A stretch of DNA of 64,000 nt from a virus, in IMG/VR virus record IMGVR_UViG_3300042923_000319, positions 1-64,000 of that record. The stretch is one strand, 5' to 3'. Positions 52,839 through 62,002 of the stretch are shown in pieces; positions within the stretch are counted from its first letter, which is position 1, and each line of letters starts with the position of its first letter. Position numbers and translations under genes: made by a program. The notes under the pieces are model-generated. The model was not told where the DNA came from and did no database searches. It worked only from the letters and a program-made list of their open reading frames with translations.

Positions 52839-53105
52839 ATGTAACTGGAGTAGCTACCAGTGAGGGCGTGGCGGTAGTCACAAATACTGTGATAGCGTGG
52901 ATGGGGCAATTGCAGACTTTATTACAGACGCTGCATCGACACGGTGGCAGCGATGGTGTGCGGCGATTCGGGTTGGGGCTGTGCATATTCTAGTCTTAAC
53001 CTTCATTGGTTGACATTGCCTGGGGTTACACCTGGGTTACATAGCGGGGTGGAAATCTGCGGATGACACTTTGGATACTCGGATGCGTCTGAGTATCCTT
53101 ACGCT
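52839..53105 (+). ncRNA. Candidate structured ncRNA (about 265 nt)
   Basis: GC-rich, ORF-free, several hairpins with GU pairs, abuts tRNA-Trp. Confidence 0.55.
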
Positions 53106-53110
53106 GATAT

Positions 53111-53185
53111 GATTCGATAGTTCAATGGTAGAACAGCGGTCTCCAAAACCGTTAGATCAAGGTTCAAATCCTTGTCGGATCGCCA
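53111..53185 (+). tRNA. tRNA-Trp(CCA)
   Basis: Acceptor GATTCGA/TCGGATC, anticodon loop CTCCAAA, GGTTCAAATCC T-arm, encoded CCA. Confidence 0.9.
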
Positions 53186-53187
53186 AT

Positions 53188-53261
53188 GCTTCCTTAGTTT
53201 AACGGTAGAACGAGGATTTTGTAAATCTTTAGCGATAGTTCAACTCTATCAGGAAGCTCCA
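53188..53261 (+). tRNA. tRNA-Thr(TGT)
   Basis: Acceptor GCTTCCT/AGGAAGC, anticodon loop TTTGTAA, T-loop TTCAACT, encoded CCA. Confidence 0.85.
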
Positions 53262-53346
53262 AAATAAAACTAAATATTAACTAAGATATAAACCGAGAGC
53301 ACCAGTGAGAAATCGCTGGTGCTCTTATTAATCTAAGGAGGAAACA

Positions 53347-53604
53347 ATGTTAAAGATTGAAAAACTTCAAGAAGCTTTAGAGGCAACAAGAGGTAGAGGT
53401 AATACGACACATTTGCTAAAGTCGGTTCAAGGAACCAATGTTGACTTGTTGGTTGATACTGAATGCACTAGAGAGATTTTAGGACATACAAATGTAGTCT
53501 CGTTTAAATCGTACAGTCCCGACAGAGCATTTGTGCTAGATAACAACGTTATACAAGATGCAATTAATGAAGCATTAGAACTAATCGCTAGATTAAGAAA
53601 ATAG
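53347..53604 (+). CDS. Small protein with degenerate Walker A-like motif
   Basis: RGRGNTT...FVLDN; strong RBS; flanked by hairpins. Confidence 0.55.
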   Translation: MLKIEKLQEALEATRGRGNTTHLLKSVQGTNVDLLVDTECTREILGHTNVVSFKSYSPDRAFVLDNNVIQDAINEALELIARLRK

Positions 53605-53655
53605 CTTGAGTATATACTCCGAGGGACTCATGAGAAATCATGGGTCTTTTTTGTA

Positions 53656-53770
53656 TGCACTCAAGTGCAGAGCGTTGGGTTGATCCCCTGATGCTAGGGT
53701 GTTTGGTACGTCTCCGCTGAACACCCTAAAACAATTTTATGGAGACACAGAATAAAACGAATGGGGCGAT
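53656..53770 (+). promoter_or_regulatory. Structured leader (two stem-loops plus pseudoknot) upstream of the BRO-HNH gene
   Basis: 12-bp stem 53695-53728; loop GTCTCC complementary to GGAGAC at 53741-53746. Confidence 0.55.
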
Positions 53771-53775
53771 GTTAA

Positions 53776-54759
53776 ATGACAAAAGAATTACAAGTGTTTA
53801 AACAGCAGGAAGTTTTAGGAAAAATGTTCACAATTTATGGTGATGCAGAAAATCCATTATTCTTAGCTAAAGAGGTTGCTGAGTGGATTGATTATAACAA
53901 AGACAAAATCGGGCAAATGCTTAAGACTATTGACGAGGAAGAAAAAGAAACCTCACCGATATTTTATAGCGGTCAGGTTAGAGATATGTGGTTTATCAGT
54001 GAAGATGGTCTTTATGAAGTACTTATGCAATCACATAAACCAATCGCTAAACAATTTAAGAAACAAGTCAAATTTATCCTTAAGACCATCCGCAAAACTG
54101 GTCACTACGAAACACCAGAATACAAAATTATGATAGAAACCCAAAATGAACTTAAAGAAATGAAAACAATGTTAATTGAAAGTGGTGTCATAGGAGCTTA
54201 TGTGAATCCAACCCACTTATTTTATAGACTCAATGTATCATACAAAATAACTACTAATGATAATAGTCACAGGGGTATCCACGAAGCCATCGGTAATTAC
54301 TTTGGAGTTAACGTTCCATATAGTGATCAAATCCCAGTTACATTAAGAGACTACTTGATCGACAAAGTTGGTATCGAAGAAATTCGTAAGTTTATCGTAG
54401 GAATCCAATCGGGTAGAATTGTTAAATCTAAACGTGGTAACTATGTAAACCTCAATGGGTTCGGTAGTAATAACTATGAGTGGTCAAAAGTAGTTGATGA
54501 GTTTGATCACAAATGTGCTTACTGCGGAATATCTGAAGATAAAACTAAAATGATTCCAGAGCATATCGTTGCTCAATCAATAATGTCTGAGGAACATCCA
54601 GAATTATGCGACCTTGTTGGTTCTATCGTTCCAGCCTGTGGATGTTGCAATGGCTCCAAGAATACTTCTGATATGGAAACATGGTTCCGCAAGCAATCAT
54701 TCTTCTCAGAGTATAGACTCCAGAAAATCCAAAGACACATCAAAAAATATGAACTTTAG
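53776..54759 (+). CDS. BRO-N antirepressor-like protein with C-terminal HNH nuclease
   Basis: PLFLAKEVAEWI, FISEDGLYEVLMQSHKPIAKQFK; CAYCG...EHIV...ACGCCNGSK. Confidence 0.85.
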   Translation: MTKELQVFKQQEVLGKMFTIYGDAENPLFLAKEVAEWIDYNKDKIGQMLKTIDEEEKETSPIFYSGQVRDMWFISEDGLYEVLMQSHKPIAKQFKKQVKFILKTIRKTGHYETPEYKIMIETQNELKEMKTMLIESGVIGAYVNPTHLFYRLNVSYKITTNDNSHRGIHEAIGNYFGVNVPYSDQIPVTLRDYLIDKVGIEEIRKFIVGIQSGRIVKSKRGNYVNLNGFGSNNYEWSKVVDEFDHKCAYCGISEDKTKMIPEHIVAQSIMSEEHPELCDLVGSIVPACGCCNGSKNTSDMETWFRKQSFFSEYRLQKIQRHIKKYEL

Positions 54760-54806
54760 AAGCCACCGAACAAACGGTGGTTATTTTTTATTTATAGGAG
54801 GATTCA

Positions 54807-55346
54807 ATGACTTGTATCGTTGGCTTTATTGATAAAGGTAATGTTTATATCGGCGGAGATTCAGCGTCATCCAACCAATCAATCATAAGGACTCGCAAAG
54901 CACCAAAGGTATTTACTAATGGCGAATTTCTAATTGGCACAAGTGGTTCATTTCGTATGAGTGGCCTTATTAGATATTCATTCAATCCACCTAAATATAT
55001 TGAAGCTGCACATGGAGATATCTGTAGATATATGTGTACAGCTTTTGTTGATTCGTTACGTAACTGCTTGACAAGCGGTGGATTCGCGAAGGTTTCATGC
55101 AATGAAGAGACTGGCGGATTTTTCTTAGTTGGATTCAAGGGAAAGTTGTTCACAGTCGAGGCTGATTACCAAGTTGAAGAATGTGTTGATCAATACACTT
55201 CTATTGGTTCTGGAGAATCATACGCCCTCGGTTCGCTCTTTAGCTCAACCAAAGAAACACCAAAAGAAAAGATAGAAGATGCATTAAAATGTGCTGAATA
55301 CTTTAATCCATTCGTTAGAAGTCCATTCACAATACTGAAGATATAG
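54807..55346 (+). CDS. Ntn-hydrolase (HslV/proteasome-like) protein
   Basis: N-terminal Thr (MTCIVG), GGDS, KVF, SIGSG. Confidence 0.75.
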   Translation: MTCIVGFIDKGNVYIGGDSASSNQSIIRTRKAPKVFTNGEFLIGTSGSFRMSGLIRYSFNPPKYIEAAHGDICRYMCTAFVDSLRNCLTSGGFAKVSCNEETGGFFLVGFKGKLFTVEADYQVEECVDQYTSIGSGESYALGSLFSSTKETPKEKIEDALKCAEYFNPFVRSPFTILKI

Positions 55347-55359
55347 GAGGTGAGAACCA

Positions 55360-56970
55360 ATGGATGACATAGTACTACATGACTTATTCCTCGGTTCAGA
55401 CGAAACAAGACCAGATGAAGATCAGCCACTCAAAGAACAATGTAGATATTCACTAAAACTATTCTGTGAAACCTATCTCAAACATTGGTTCTACGCTCCA
55501 TGGTGTGGTTTTCACTTAGAAATTATCCAGATGCTCGAAGATTTAACCTTTGCTAAAACACGAAGAAAACAATACACAGCAGTGGCAAGTCCTAGAAAGC
55601 ATGCCAAGACAACCATAGTGTCCAAGGCTTATTCATTATGGCTTATATGTTACAAACATGAGCCAAACATCGTACTTATCGCTGATACCATCGGTCAATC
55701 GTGTGAGTACTTAGATGACGTTAAGAATGAGATTGAATCCAATGATTTACTCATAGCTGACTTCGGTAATCTCATGGGTAAACTGTGGAGAAACAATCAG
55801 ATCACAACGGCAAACGAAGTCACTATAACATGCAAAGGTACTGGCAGTAAAATTCGTGGGATGGCTAAGAGAGGTCGTCGTCCAGGTATTTTCATAATGG
55901 ATGAATTGGAAAATGATGAGTTCGTAGAAAACGCCAATATCCGTAAGAAACTTCGCTCATGGCTCACTAAGGCTGTCATTCCATCATCCTGTGAAACTGG
56001 TAAGTTCTTCATTATCGGAACCATCATGCATGAAGATAGTCTTTTGAATAATCTTCTGAACAGCAAAGAGTTCTCTTATTGGAAGCGATATTTTTACCAA
56101 GCAGTCCAAGAGTTCAGCGAAAGTCCTCTGTGGGATGAATGGGTAGCCATCATGGAAAACGAGGAATCCAATGATTCCGAGGAACAAGCCTACCAGTTCT
56201 ATAAGGATCACAGAGATGAGATGCTGAAGGGTGTTAAGGCTCTCTGGATGGACAACTATGATGATTACTACTATGACATGATGGTAATGAAGTGGTCTGA
56301 CCCAGATGCATTCTCAAGTGAAGAAATGAATGTCGCGATATCACCAGAAAATCAAACGTTTACCGCAGAGTTGCTTGATAGTGTTACATTCGATGATATT
56401 CCATGCAAGATAACCGAGATAAAAATTGGTGTAGACCCTAGCCTTGGCAAGAGTAAGAAAAGCGATCTATCGTCAATCTGTGCTGTAGCCAGAGGTGAAA
56501 ACGGCAAACTCTACGTTATTGACGTTGACGCCAAGCGCAGGAAGGTTGATATTCTCGTCGAGGATGTCTTTAGTATGGCTATGAAATACAATGATAAATT
56601 ATCGAAAATCAATATTGAAGCCAACGGATTGCAACATTTGTTCTTAGAACAATTTGTGATGGCTAGTGAGAAAACTGGCGTTTACTTTGCATACGAAGGT
56701 ATCAAAACAGATAGCAATAAGGAAATCAAGATTCAAGCATTGGCTCCTAAGATGAAGCAAGGCTCACTTAAGATACACCGTAGACTCAAGACATTACGCA
56801 ATGAATTACTGGCGTTTCCAAAAGGCAAGACTGATGACATCATGGATTCTGTTTGTTTGGCTATTGATGGTGCGTTCACATCTTCTGGATTCTGCTTCAC
56901 ATCATTGCCAGGATCAAGAGAGTCTCATCGACACGTAGGTATCAATAATTTTCTTAATAGGAGGAGGTGA
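55360..56970 (+). CDS. terL: Terminase large subunit
   Basis: PRKHAKT Walker A, FIMDE Walker B, IGT motif III, GVDPS and DDIMDS nuclease residues. Confidence 0.95.
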   Translation: MDDIVLHDLFLGSDETRPDEDQPLKEQCRYSLKLFCETYLKHWFYAPWCGFHLEIIQMLEDLTFAKTRRKQYTAVASPRKHAKTTIVSKAYSLWLICYKHEPNIVLIADTIGQSCEYLDDVKNEIESNDLLIADFGNLMGKLWRNNQITTANEVTITCKGTGSKIRGMAKRGRRPGIFIMDELENDEFVENANIRKKLRSWLTKAVIPSSCETGKFFIIGTIMHEDSLLNNLLNSKEFSYWKRYFYQAVQEFSESPLWDEWVAIMENEESNDSEEQAYQFYKDHRDEMLKGVKALWMDNYDDYYYDMMVMKWSDPDAFSSEEMNVAISPENQTFTAELLDSVTFDDIPCKITEIKIGVDPSLGKSKKSDLSSICAVARGENGKLYVIDVDAKRRKVDILVEDVFSMAMKYNDKLSKINIEANGLQHLFLEQFVMASEKTGVYFAYEGIKTDSNKEIKIQALAPKMKQGSLKIHRRLKTLRNELLAFPKGKTDDIMDSVCLAIDGAFTSSGFCFTSLPGSRESHRHVGINNFLNRRR

Positions 56971-56975
56971 TAAAA

Positions 56976-58286
56976 CTGAAATGGTATCAAAAATTATTCT
57001 CAGCAAGACCTAGATCAATCCCTGCTCCAACAGCAGAAACATCCGAAGCAGACTCATGGGGACTTAATAAGTTGCTCCCACGCAGATATCGAACCTATGG
57101 GTTAAACAAGAATAAGCAAAGGCAATTACGACAGTTATCTCGTAGCGGTATCATAAGGCGTGGTATTGAGCGAATTAAGCGTGGCGTAAAGAACCTCGAT
57201 TATGAGCTTGAAATCCAAGGTAAGATGAGTAACAAACAACAGGAACAATTAAGAGCAGCCATTGATACAGTTCTGCAATCACCAAATATAATCCATGATT
57301 ATGATGCGTTTATCGACATGATACTTGAGGATTTGATAGTGCTTGATGCAGGAGTATTTAATGTAGTTAAGGGTGGCAATCCAATGCGACCTCTCTTTTT
57401 ATACCCTGTTGACTCTATGACAATTGAGATACTACAACCGTATGACTTTACTAACCCCAATGGTGATCGATATGTACAACGAGCATCATGGGCTATCGAC
57501 GAGAAAACGTTTAGTACAACCGATATGGCATATCTACAGATCAACCACTTTACTGATACACCGTATGGCTTAAGTCCAATTGAGAAACTATGGCGATATC
57601 TTAACTACTTTATGGATGCTCTTGATAATGCTTCTGATATCGCATCTGCTGATACACCAAAATTCATAGTCGGTCTTAAGAATGCCGAAGATGGAAAACT
57701 CAAGAAATTCCAAGAATACATGCTTAATGAAATCGAAGGAACTGGACACATACCGATAGTTGGCGGTGAGGTTGATAGTAAGCAAATAGGAGCTATCAAT
57801 AGTGATTCATTATTCCTTGAATGGCAAAAGTTCTTACTGACACTCGTCGCTAAATGCTTTGACTTACCAGAGTCATTCTTTATTACTGCTGATGTTAATG
57901 ACCGCAATAACTTATCTGAGGTTGAACAGCAGGTACTCATGGAAGCTGTTAAACCTTATGCAAAGGTTATTCAAAGGGCTATTAATGTAAACGTCATACA
58001 GGCTATGGGAATTTACAATGTTAAATTCAAGTTTAAATATGACGAAACAGAAACAGAGAAGAAAACCAAGGAAGACAGAATCAGTAACAAATATTTACGT
58101 GGTGTTATTACTCAGAATCAAGCATTGGTTGAACTTGGTTATCAATTGAGCACATCGAAATACGCTGATTTAACCATAACTGAAGCCAAGGCTAAAATCA
58201 ATAAAGACTTTGCTGTAAACACTGGCGGATTTAACGGTCAAGGTTCAGCAAAAGACAATAGTAATCCAGAAACTAAGACGGGTTAA
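56976..58286 (+). CDS. Portal protein; probable CTG start
   Basis: L.P.D...I, YGLSPIE, FLEWQ motifs; follows terL; the GTG at 56967 lies within the SD. Confidence 0.85.
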   Translation: MKWYQKLFSARPRSIPAPTAETSEADSWGLNKLLPRRYRTYGLNKNKQRQLRQLSRSGIIRRGIERIKRGVKNLDYELEIQGKMSNKQQEQLRAAIDTVLQSPNIIHDYDAFIDMILEDLIVLDAGVFNVVKGGNPMRPLFLYPVDSMTIEILQPYDFTNPNGDRYVQRASWAIDEKTFSTTDMAYLQINHFTDTPYGLSPIEKLWRYLNYFMDALDNASDIASADTPKFIVGLKNAEDGKLKKFQEYMLNEIEGTGHIPIVGGEVDSKQIGAINSDSLFLEWQKFLLTLVAKCFDLPESFFITADVNDRNNLSEVEQQVLMEAVKPYAKVIQRAINVNVIQAMGIYNVKFKFKYDETETEKKTKEDRISNKYLRGVITQNQALVELGYQLSTSKYADLTITEAKAKINKDFAVNTGGFNGQGSAKDNSNPETKTG

Positions 58287-58299
58287 GGAGGTGATAACG

Positions 58300-59265
58300 A
58301 TAGATAAACTACAGTTACAAATACAAGATTTAAGTTTTACAACAGACCAAAAGCATTGTAATGTTATGACTTGGACAGGCGCAGTAACAAAGGTTGGTGT
58401 TCCTAGCGATTACACGCCAGGTGGCGCAGAGACACCTGTGGTATGGGAAAGAGAAGCTGTAGAAGCTGCCAAGGATACAATGTTAGAAATGCCATTGAAC
58501 TGCGAATATCCAGATGATGAATGGTTCAGTAATCCAGCACTGGCTTTTACACAGCATAACACCAGATTTGTCATTGGCTCTGTGCGAAAGACATGGATTG
58601 ATGGTGAAAACTTTATGTGCTCAGGGATTATCTGGAAGGATAACTTTGCAGATGTCGCATGGATGATTCAAAATGCTAAAGATGCACTAGGATTTTCCGT
58701 AGAGCTTTATCCATTAGAGCACGAGGCACAAGCTGATGGTTATGACCATATTACCAAACTTGAATTTACAGGTTTGACTATATGTTGGAAAAACGTAGCT
58801 GCATTTTCCGATACATTCTTAACTCAATTAGCAGCATCAAGAAAAATCAAAAACGAAAAGGTGGATGATACAATGACTCCAGAAGAAATGAAAGCAATGT
58901 TAGAAGGTTTTACCCAAAGCATGACAGCAGAAATTGCTAAAGTACAATCCAGTGTTGAATCTAAGGTAGACGCATTGGAATCCAAAATTAAAGTACAGGA
59001 AGAAGCAGAGAAAGTCGAAGCTTCTAAAAAGGTCGAAGCCGATGCATTAGCTAAGGTAGAAGCTGAAAAAGAAGCATTGAAAGCGGAATTAGCTAAAGTT
59101 CAAGCATCAGTAATTCCAGCTCCAGCAGCAGTGCAAACAGCAGCATCTAAAGATAATACAGTGGATTATACTGGCGAGTTCGCTAAAATTAACCAAATGA
59201 ATTGCAGTGTTTCAGAAAAAGTAAAACTTAGAGCTTCATTGGCACTTAAAGCAACAGCAATCTAA
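58300..59265 (+). CDS. Prohead protease / scaffold; probable ATA start
   Basis: H...IGSV, LGFSVE protease motifs plus acidic coiled-coil scaffold C-terminus. Confidence 0.75.
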   Translation: MDKLQLQIQDLSFTTDQKHCNVMTWTGAVTKVGVPSDYTPGGAETPVVWEREAVEAAKDTMLEMPLNCEYPDDEWFSNPALAFTQHNTRFVIGSVRKTWIDGENFMCSGIIWKDNFADVAWMIQNAKDALGFSVELYPLEHEAQADGYDHITKLEFTGLTICWKNVAAFSDTFLTQLAASRKIKNEKVDDTMTPEEMKAMLEGFTQSMTAEIAKVQSSVESKVDALESKIKVQEEAEKVEASKKVEADALAKVEAEKEALKAELAKVQASVIPAPAAVQTAASKDNTVDYTGEFAKINQMNCSVSEKVKLRASLALKATAI

Positions 59266-59338
59266 TATCAATAATTTCTTATGGATCACCAATGGGTGGT
59301 CTTTTTTATTTACCCAAAAATGAGAGGATGATGAATTA

Positions 59339-60406
59339 ATGAATAACAGTTTTTTATTTAATCAATACGCAGGGGAAACTTATAACAAGTATGTTAATGC
59401 AGTACAACAAAGAGCTACGGCTAGAAAAATGGCAGCAGCAGGTATCACGACTCCGACATTAAACGAAGGTCATAACATTCACTTAGCATTGTTTGAAGAT
59501 ACGATTTATGACTACTTAAACCGTGATCTTTCAATCTACAACTTGATCCCTTCTTATGAAGCTACTGGGCAACCTACATTGTGGTTTGAACAAACGAAAC
59601 GTCCAGAAAATGAACAGTTTAGTTCTCCTACGAGCTTAACATATAAAGCTATCGATGCAGACTATGGTCGTGTTCCAAAATCAGCGATGATCAAATGTAT
59701 TACCTCTAAATTTAATGTTCCATTCTTCAATACCTTGGTGGCTCGTCAACAAAACGCATTGCCAGACTTTGTTGCTAAGGATATTGAAGATTGGGCTTAC
59801 AGCTTAAAACGCTTTATAAACACTAAATTATACTATGGCTCTGACACTGACTTGGCTACGCCAACTACTACAGAATACATGGGTATTATGAAGCAAATAA
59901 CTAACATTGCTACAAAAGCTTATACTGATACCGCTACTCATATCACAGACATTCTTGAAACTGAAATTGCAGCTATGGATTCTGACATTGTTAACAACAC
60001 TGGTTCTGGTAATGATTTAATCATTATGATGAATGGTATGACGATGGACAAATGGGTTAAACAGGAACGTGCGTTAAATTCTAACTTCCGTCCTGAAACT
60101 GCTGAAGTTCGTCCTGGTTTCAATATTCCAGCAATCAGAACAGCTAAAGGATTAATCCCAGTTATTACCGATAATTTCATCAATACCACTGCTGAAACTG
60201 GTTATACAAATCACCCAATTGTCGTATTGAACCGTCGCATGGTTGAACGTCGTTACATCGGTTCTCCAGACCCAATGGTATTTGATTGGAATATGGGGAA
60301 TGACCAATTAACCACTGATAAACTTGCGGTATTATTCGACAACGTAATTGTTCGTGGTGGTTCATTTGCTCATGCGTTAGTTAATTATCAAGTAGCAACA
60401 GCATAA
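59339..60406 (+). CDS. Major capsid protein
   Basis: Size, position after the scaffold, biased codon use, followed by a terminator. Confidence 0.8.
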   Translation: MNNSFLFNQYAGETYNKYVNAVQQRATARKMAAAGITTPTLNEGHNIHLALFEDTIYDYLNRDLSIYNLIPSYEATGQPTLWFEQTKRPENEQFSSPTSLTYKAIDADYGRVPKSAMIKCITSKFNVPFFNTLVARQQNALPDFVAKDIEDWAYSLKRFINTKLYYGSDTDLATPTTTEYMGIMKQITNIATKAYTDTATHITDILETEIAAMDSDIVNNTGSGNDLIIMMNGMTMDKWVKQERALNSNFRPETAEVRPGFNIPAIRTAKGLIPVITDNFINTTAETGYTNHPIVVLNRRMVERRYIGSPDPMVFDWNMGNDQLTTDKLAVLFDNVIVRGGSFAHALVNYQVATA

Positions 60407-60410
60407 TCTA

Positions 60411-60440
60411 TGGGAGCTTAACGGCTCCCTTTTTTATTTT
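60411..60440 (+). terminator. Intrinsic terminator after the capsid gene
   Basis: GGGAGC-TTAACG-GCTCCC plus T-tract. Confidence 0.8.
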
Positions 60441-60457
60441 CAAGAAAGGGTGAGTAA

Positions 60458-60667
60458 ATGGCTGGTAAAACTATGGCAATCAAAAAAGATACCAAAGAAA
60501 AAATAGAATCAGTAAAAGTAAAGTTAAACAAAAAGAAAATCGAAGCAAAACTTGGACATGCCCCAGCTTCTATATATGTCAATGGTAATAGACTAGTTGT
60601 ACATGAGGATGAACGTAATGTTTCTGCTGAATTTGCAGAGTTATTAAAGAGTGAAGGATTGATCTAA
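60458..60667 (+). CDS. Small head-associated hypothetical protein
   Basis: Position after the MCP gene. Confidence 0.5.
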   Translation: MAGKTMAIKKDTKEKIESVKVKLNKKKIEAKLGHAPASIYVNGNRLVVHEDERNVSAEFAELLKSEGLI

Positions 60668-61221
60668 TGCCTAAATATCTACAGCTTTCAGAAGTTCCAA
60701 CCTATTGTGAATACTTCGACGATATCACAGAAACAACAATAGACCATGCTGAGTCGCTTGTGGATTCCTACTTAGGTCAAGACCTTATGGAAGCTACGGA
60801 TACTTGGGAAGGTAAACTCACAAGAAAAAACACAGGGAAGCTTGGACATACCAATGTTACTACAATATTGAGCGTTAAAGCTGTGTATAAGACACCTGTT
60901 GGATTCCAAGAATCACCAATTGATGTATCAAGTGTCTACTGTGACCATAATGGGTATTTTGAGTACACCCCGTTCATATCTGCGATGTCAATTAATGCTT
61001 TCTTAGGATATCCACTGTATCGTATGAAGATTGACTATAAGCATGGTTATTTAACAGCTCCTACTAATTTAAAACGTGCGGTTGCTATGATTGCTCAGAA
61101 TATGAGTGAGAAGAAAACATTTGGTAATATCAAAAGCTATTCTAACCTTGAAGGACAAATGGCACTCTTTGATGAGTCGGTATTCACTAAAGATATTAGA
61201 ATGTTGTTGGATTCATTATGA
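60667..61221 (+). CDS. Head-tail adaptor
   Basis: AESLVDSYLG...YKHGY...P..LKRAVAMIA pattern; position. Confidence 0.7.
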   Translation: MPKYLQLSEVPTYCEYFDDITETTIDHAESLVDSYLGQDLMEATDTWEGKLTRKNTGKLGHTNVTTILSVKAVYKTPVGFQESPIDVSSVYCDHNGYFEYTPFISAMSINAFLGYPLYRMKIDYKHGYLTAPTNLKRAVAMIAQNMSEKKTFGNIKSYSNLEGQMALFDESVFTKDIRMLLDSL

Positions 61222-61757
61222 TAGAACCATTAAATATGTTTAGGTCACAATGGCAGACTGCAAAAATCAAAGGTAAGGCTGATGAGCACATTGTGATCAC
61301 AAGGTCTGAAAAAAGTAATTCTCAAACTAACTATAATTATATCCGTAAAGGTACTGTGAAACGAAAAACAGCTATTGTAAACGGTGATTTTATTACAGTT
61401 GATAATGATGATTACTTTGTAACTGGATCAATGCCCACACAGGTTAAATTGATAAAAACCAACTGTACTGTTGATATCTACAAAGTAACTGGTAGTAACG
61501 CTAGTGGATTTACAAAAGCATTGTTATCCACTAGCAACCCAAGCTTTCAAAGGACTGTTAGTGATAATATGAGGCTTTACGACGCTGGTTTACTACCACT
61601 GACAGTAAAGAAATTCATATTACCTGCGTTAGACATTACACTTACCAATAGGATTGTATTTAATGGTATCAATTATTCAATTAATGCAATTGACAATAGT
61701 AAATACGAGAATCTATTGGAAGTCCAAGTTGAACCAGATAAGAGAAACGCTAAATAG
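61218..61757 (+). CDS. Head closure / neck protein
   Basis: Position; NRIVFNGINYSINAID. Confidence 0.6.
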   Translation: MIEPLNMFRSQWQTAKIKGKADEHIVITRSEKSNSQTNYNYIRKGTVKRKTAIVNGDFITVDNDDYFVTGSMPTQVKLIKTNCTVDIYKVTGSNASGFTKALLSTSNPSFQRTVSDNMRLYDAGLLPLTVKKFILPALDITLTNRIVFNGINYSINAIDNSKYENLLEVQVEPDKRNAK

Positions 61758-61768
61758 GAGTGATTTAG

Positions 61769-61945
61769 ATTAAACCAAATAACTTCATCAATGAGTATCC
61801 TTGTACTTTCGTCGAAGAGCATAAGTTTCTTCAACAGAATGGATTTAAATATAACTTTGTCAAAGTAGTTGATGGAGTTACTACTTGGAAATATCCGAAG
61901 TCACGAGAAATATATCAAAAGTTACAAGAATTTTATTACAAATAA
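61769..61945 (+). CDS. Small protein (58 aa); probable ATT start
   Basis: Open frame IKPNNFINEY...YYK after GGAGTG; no ATG/GTG/TTG start available. Confidence 0.55.
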   Translation: MKPNNFINEYPCTFVEEHKFLQQNGFKYNFVKVVDGVTTWKYPKSREIYQKLQEFYYK

Positions 61946-62002
61946 CCACTTGAGAGAAATCTTGGGTGGTTATTTTTATGTTCAAAATAGGAGGGTTATA
62001 GA

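Noticed and set aside
52958-53105. Group II intron, tmRNA or RNase P RNA identity for the ncRNA
   Set aside because: GTGCG is present but there is no domain V, no tmRNA tRNA-like ends or tag, and no RNase P GAGGAAAGTCC motif
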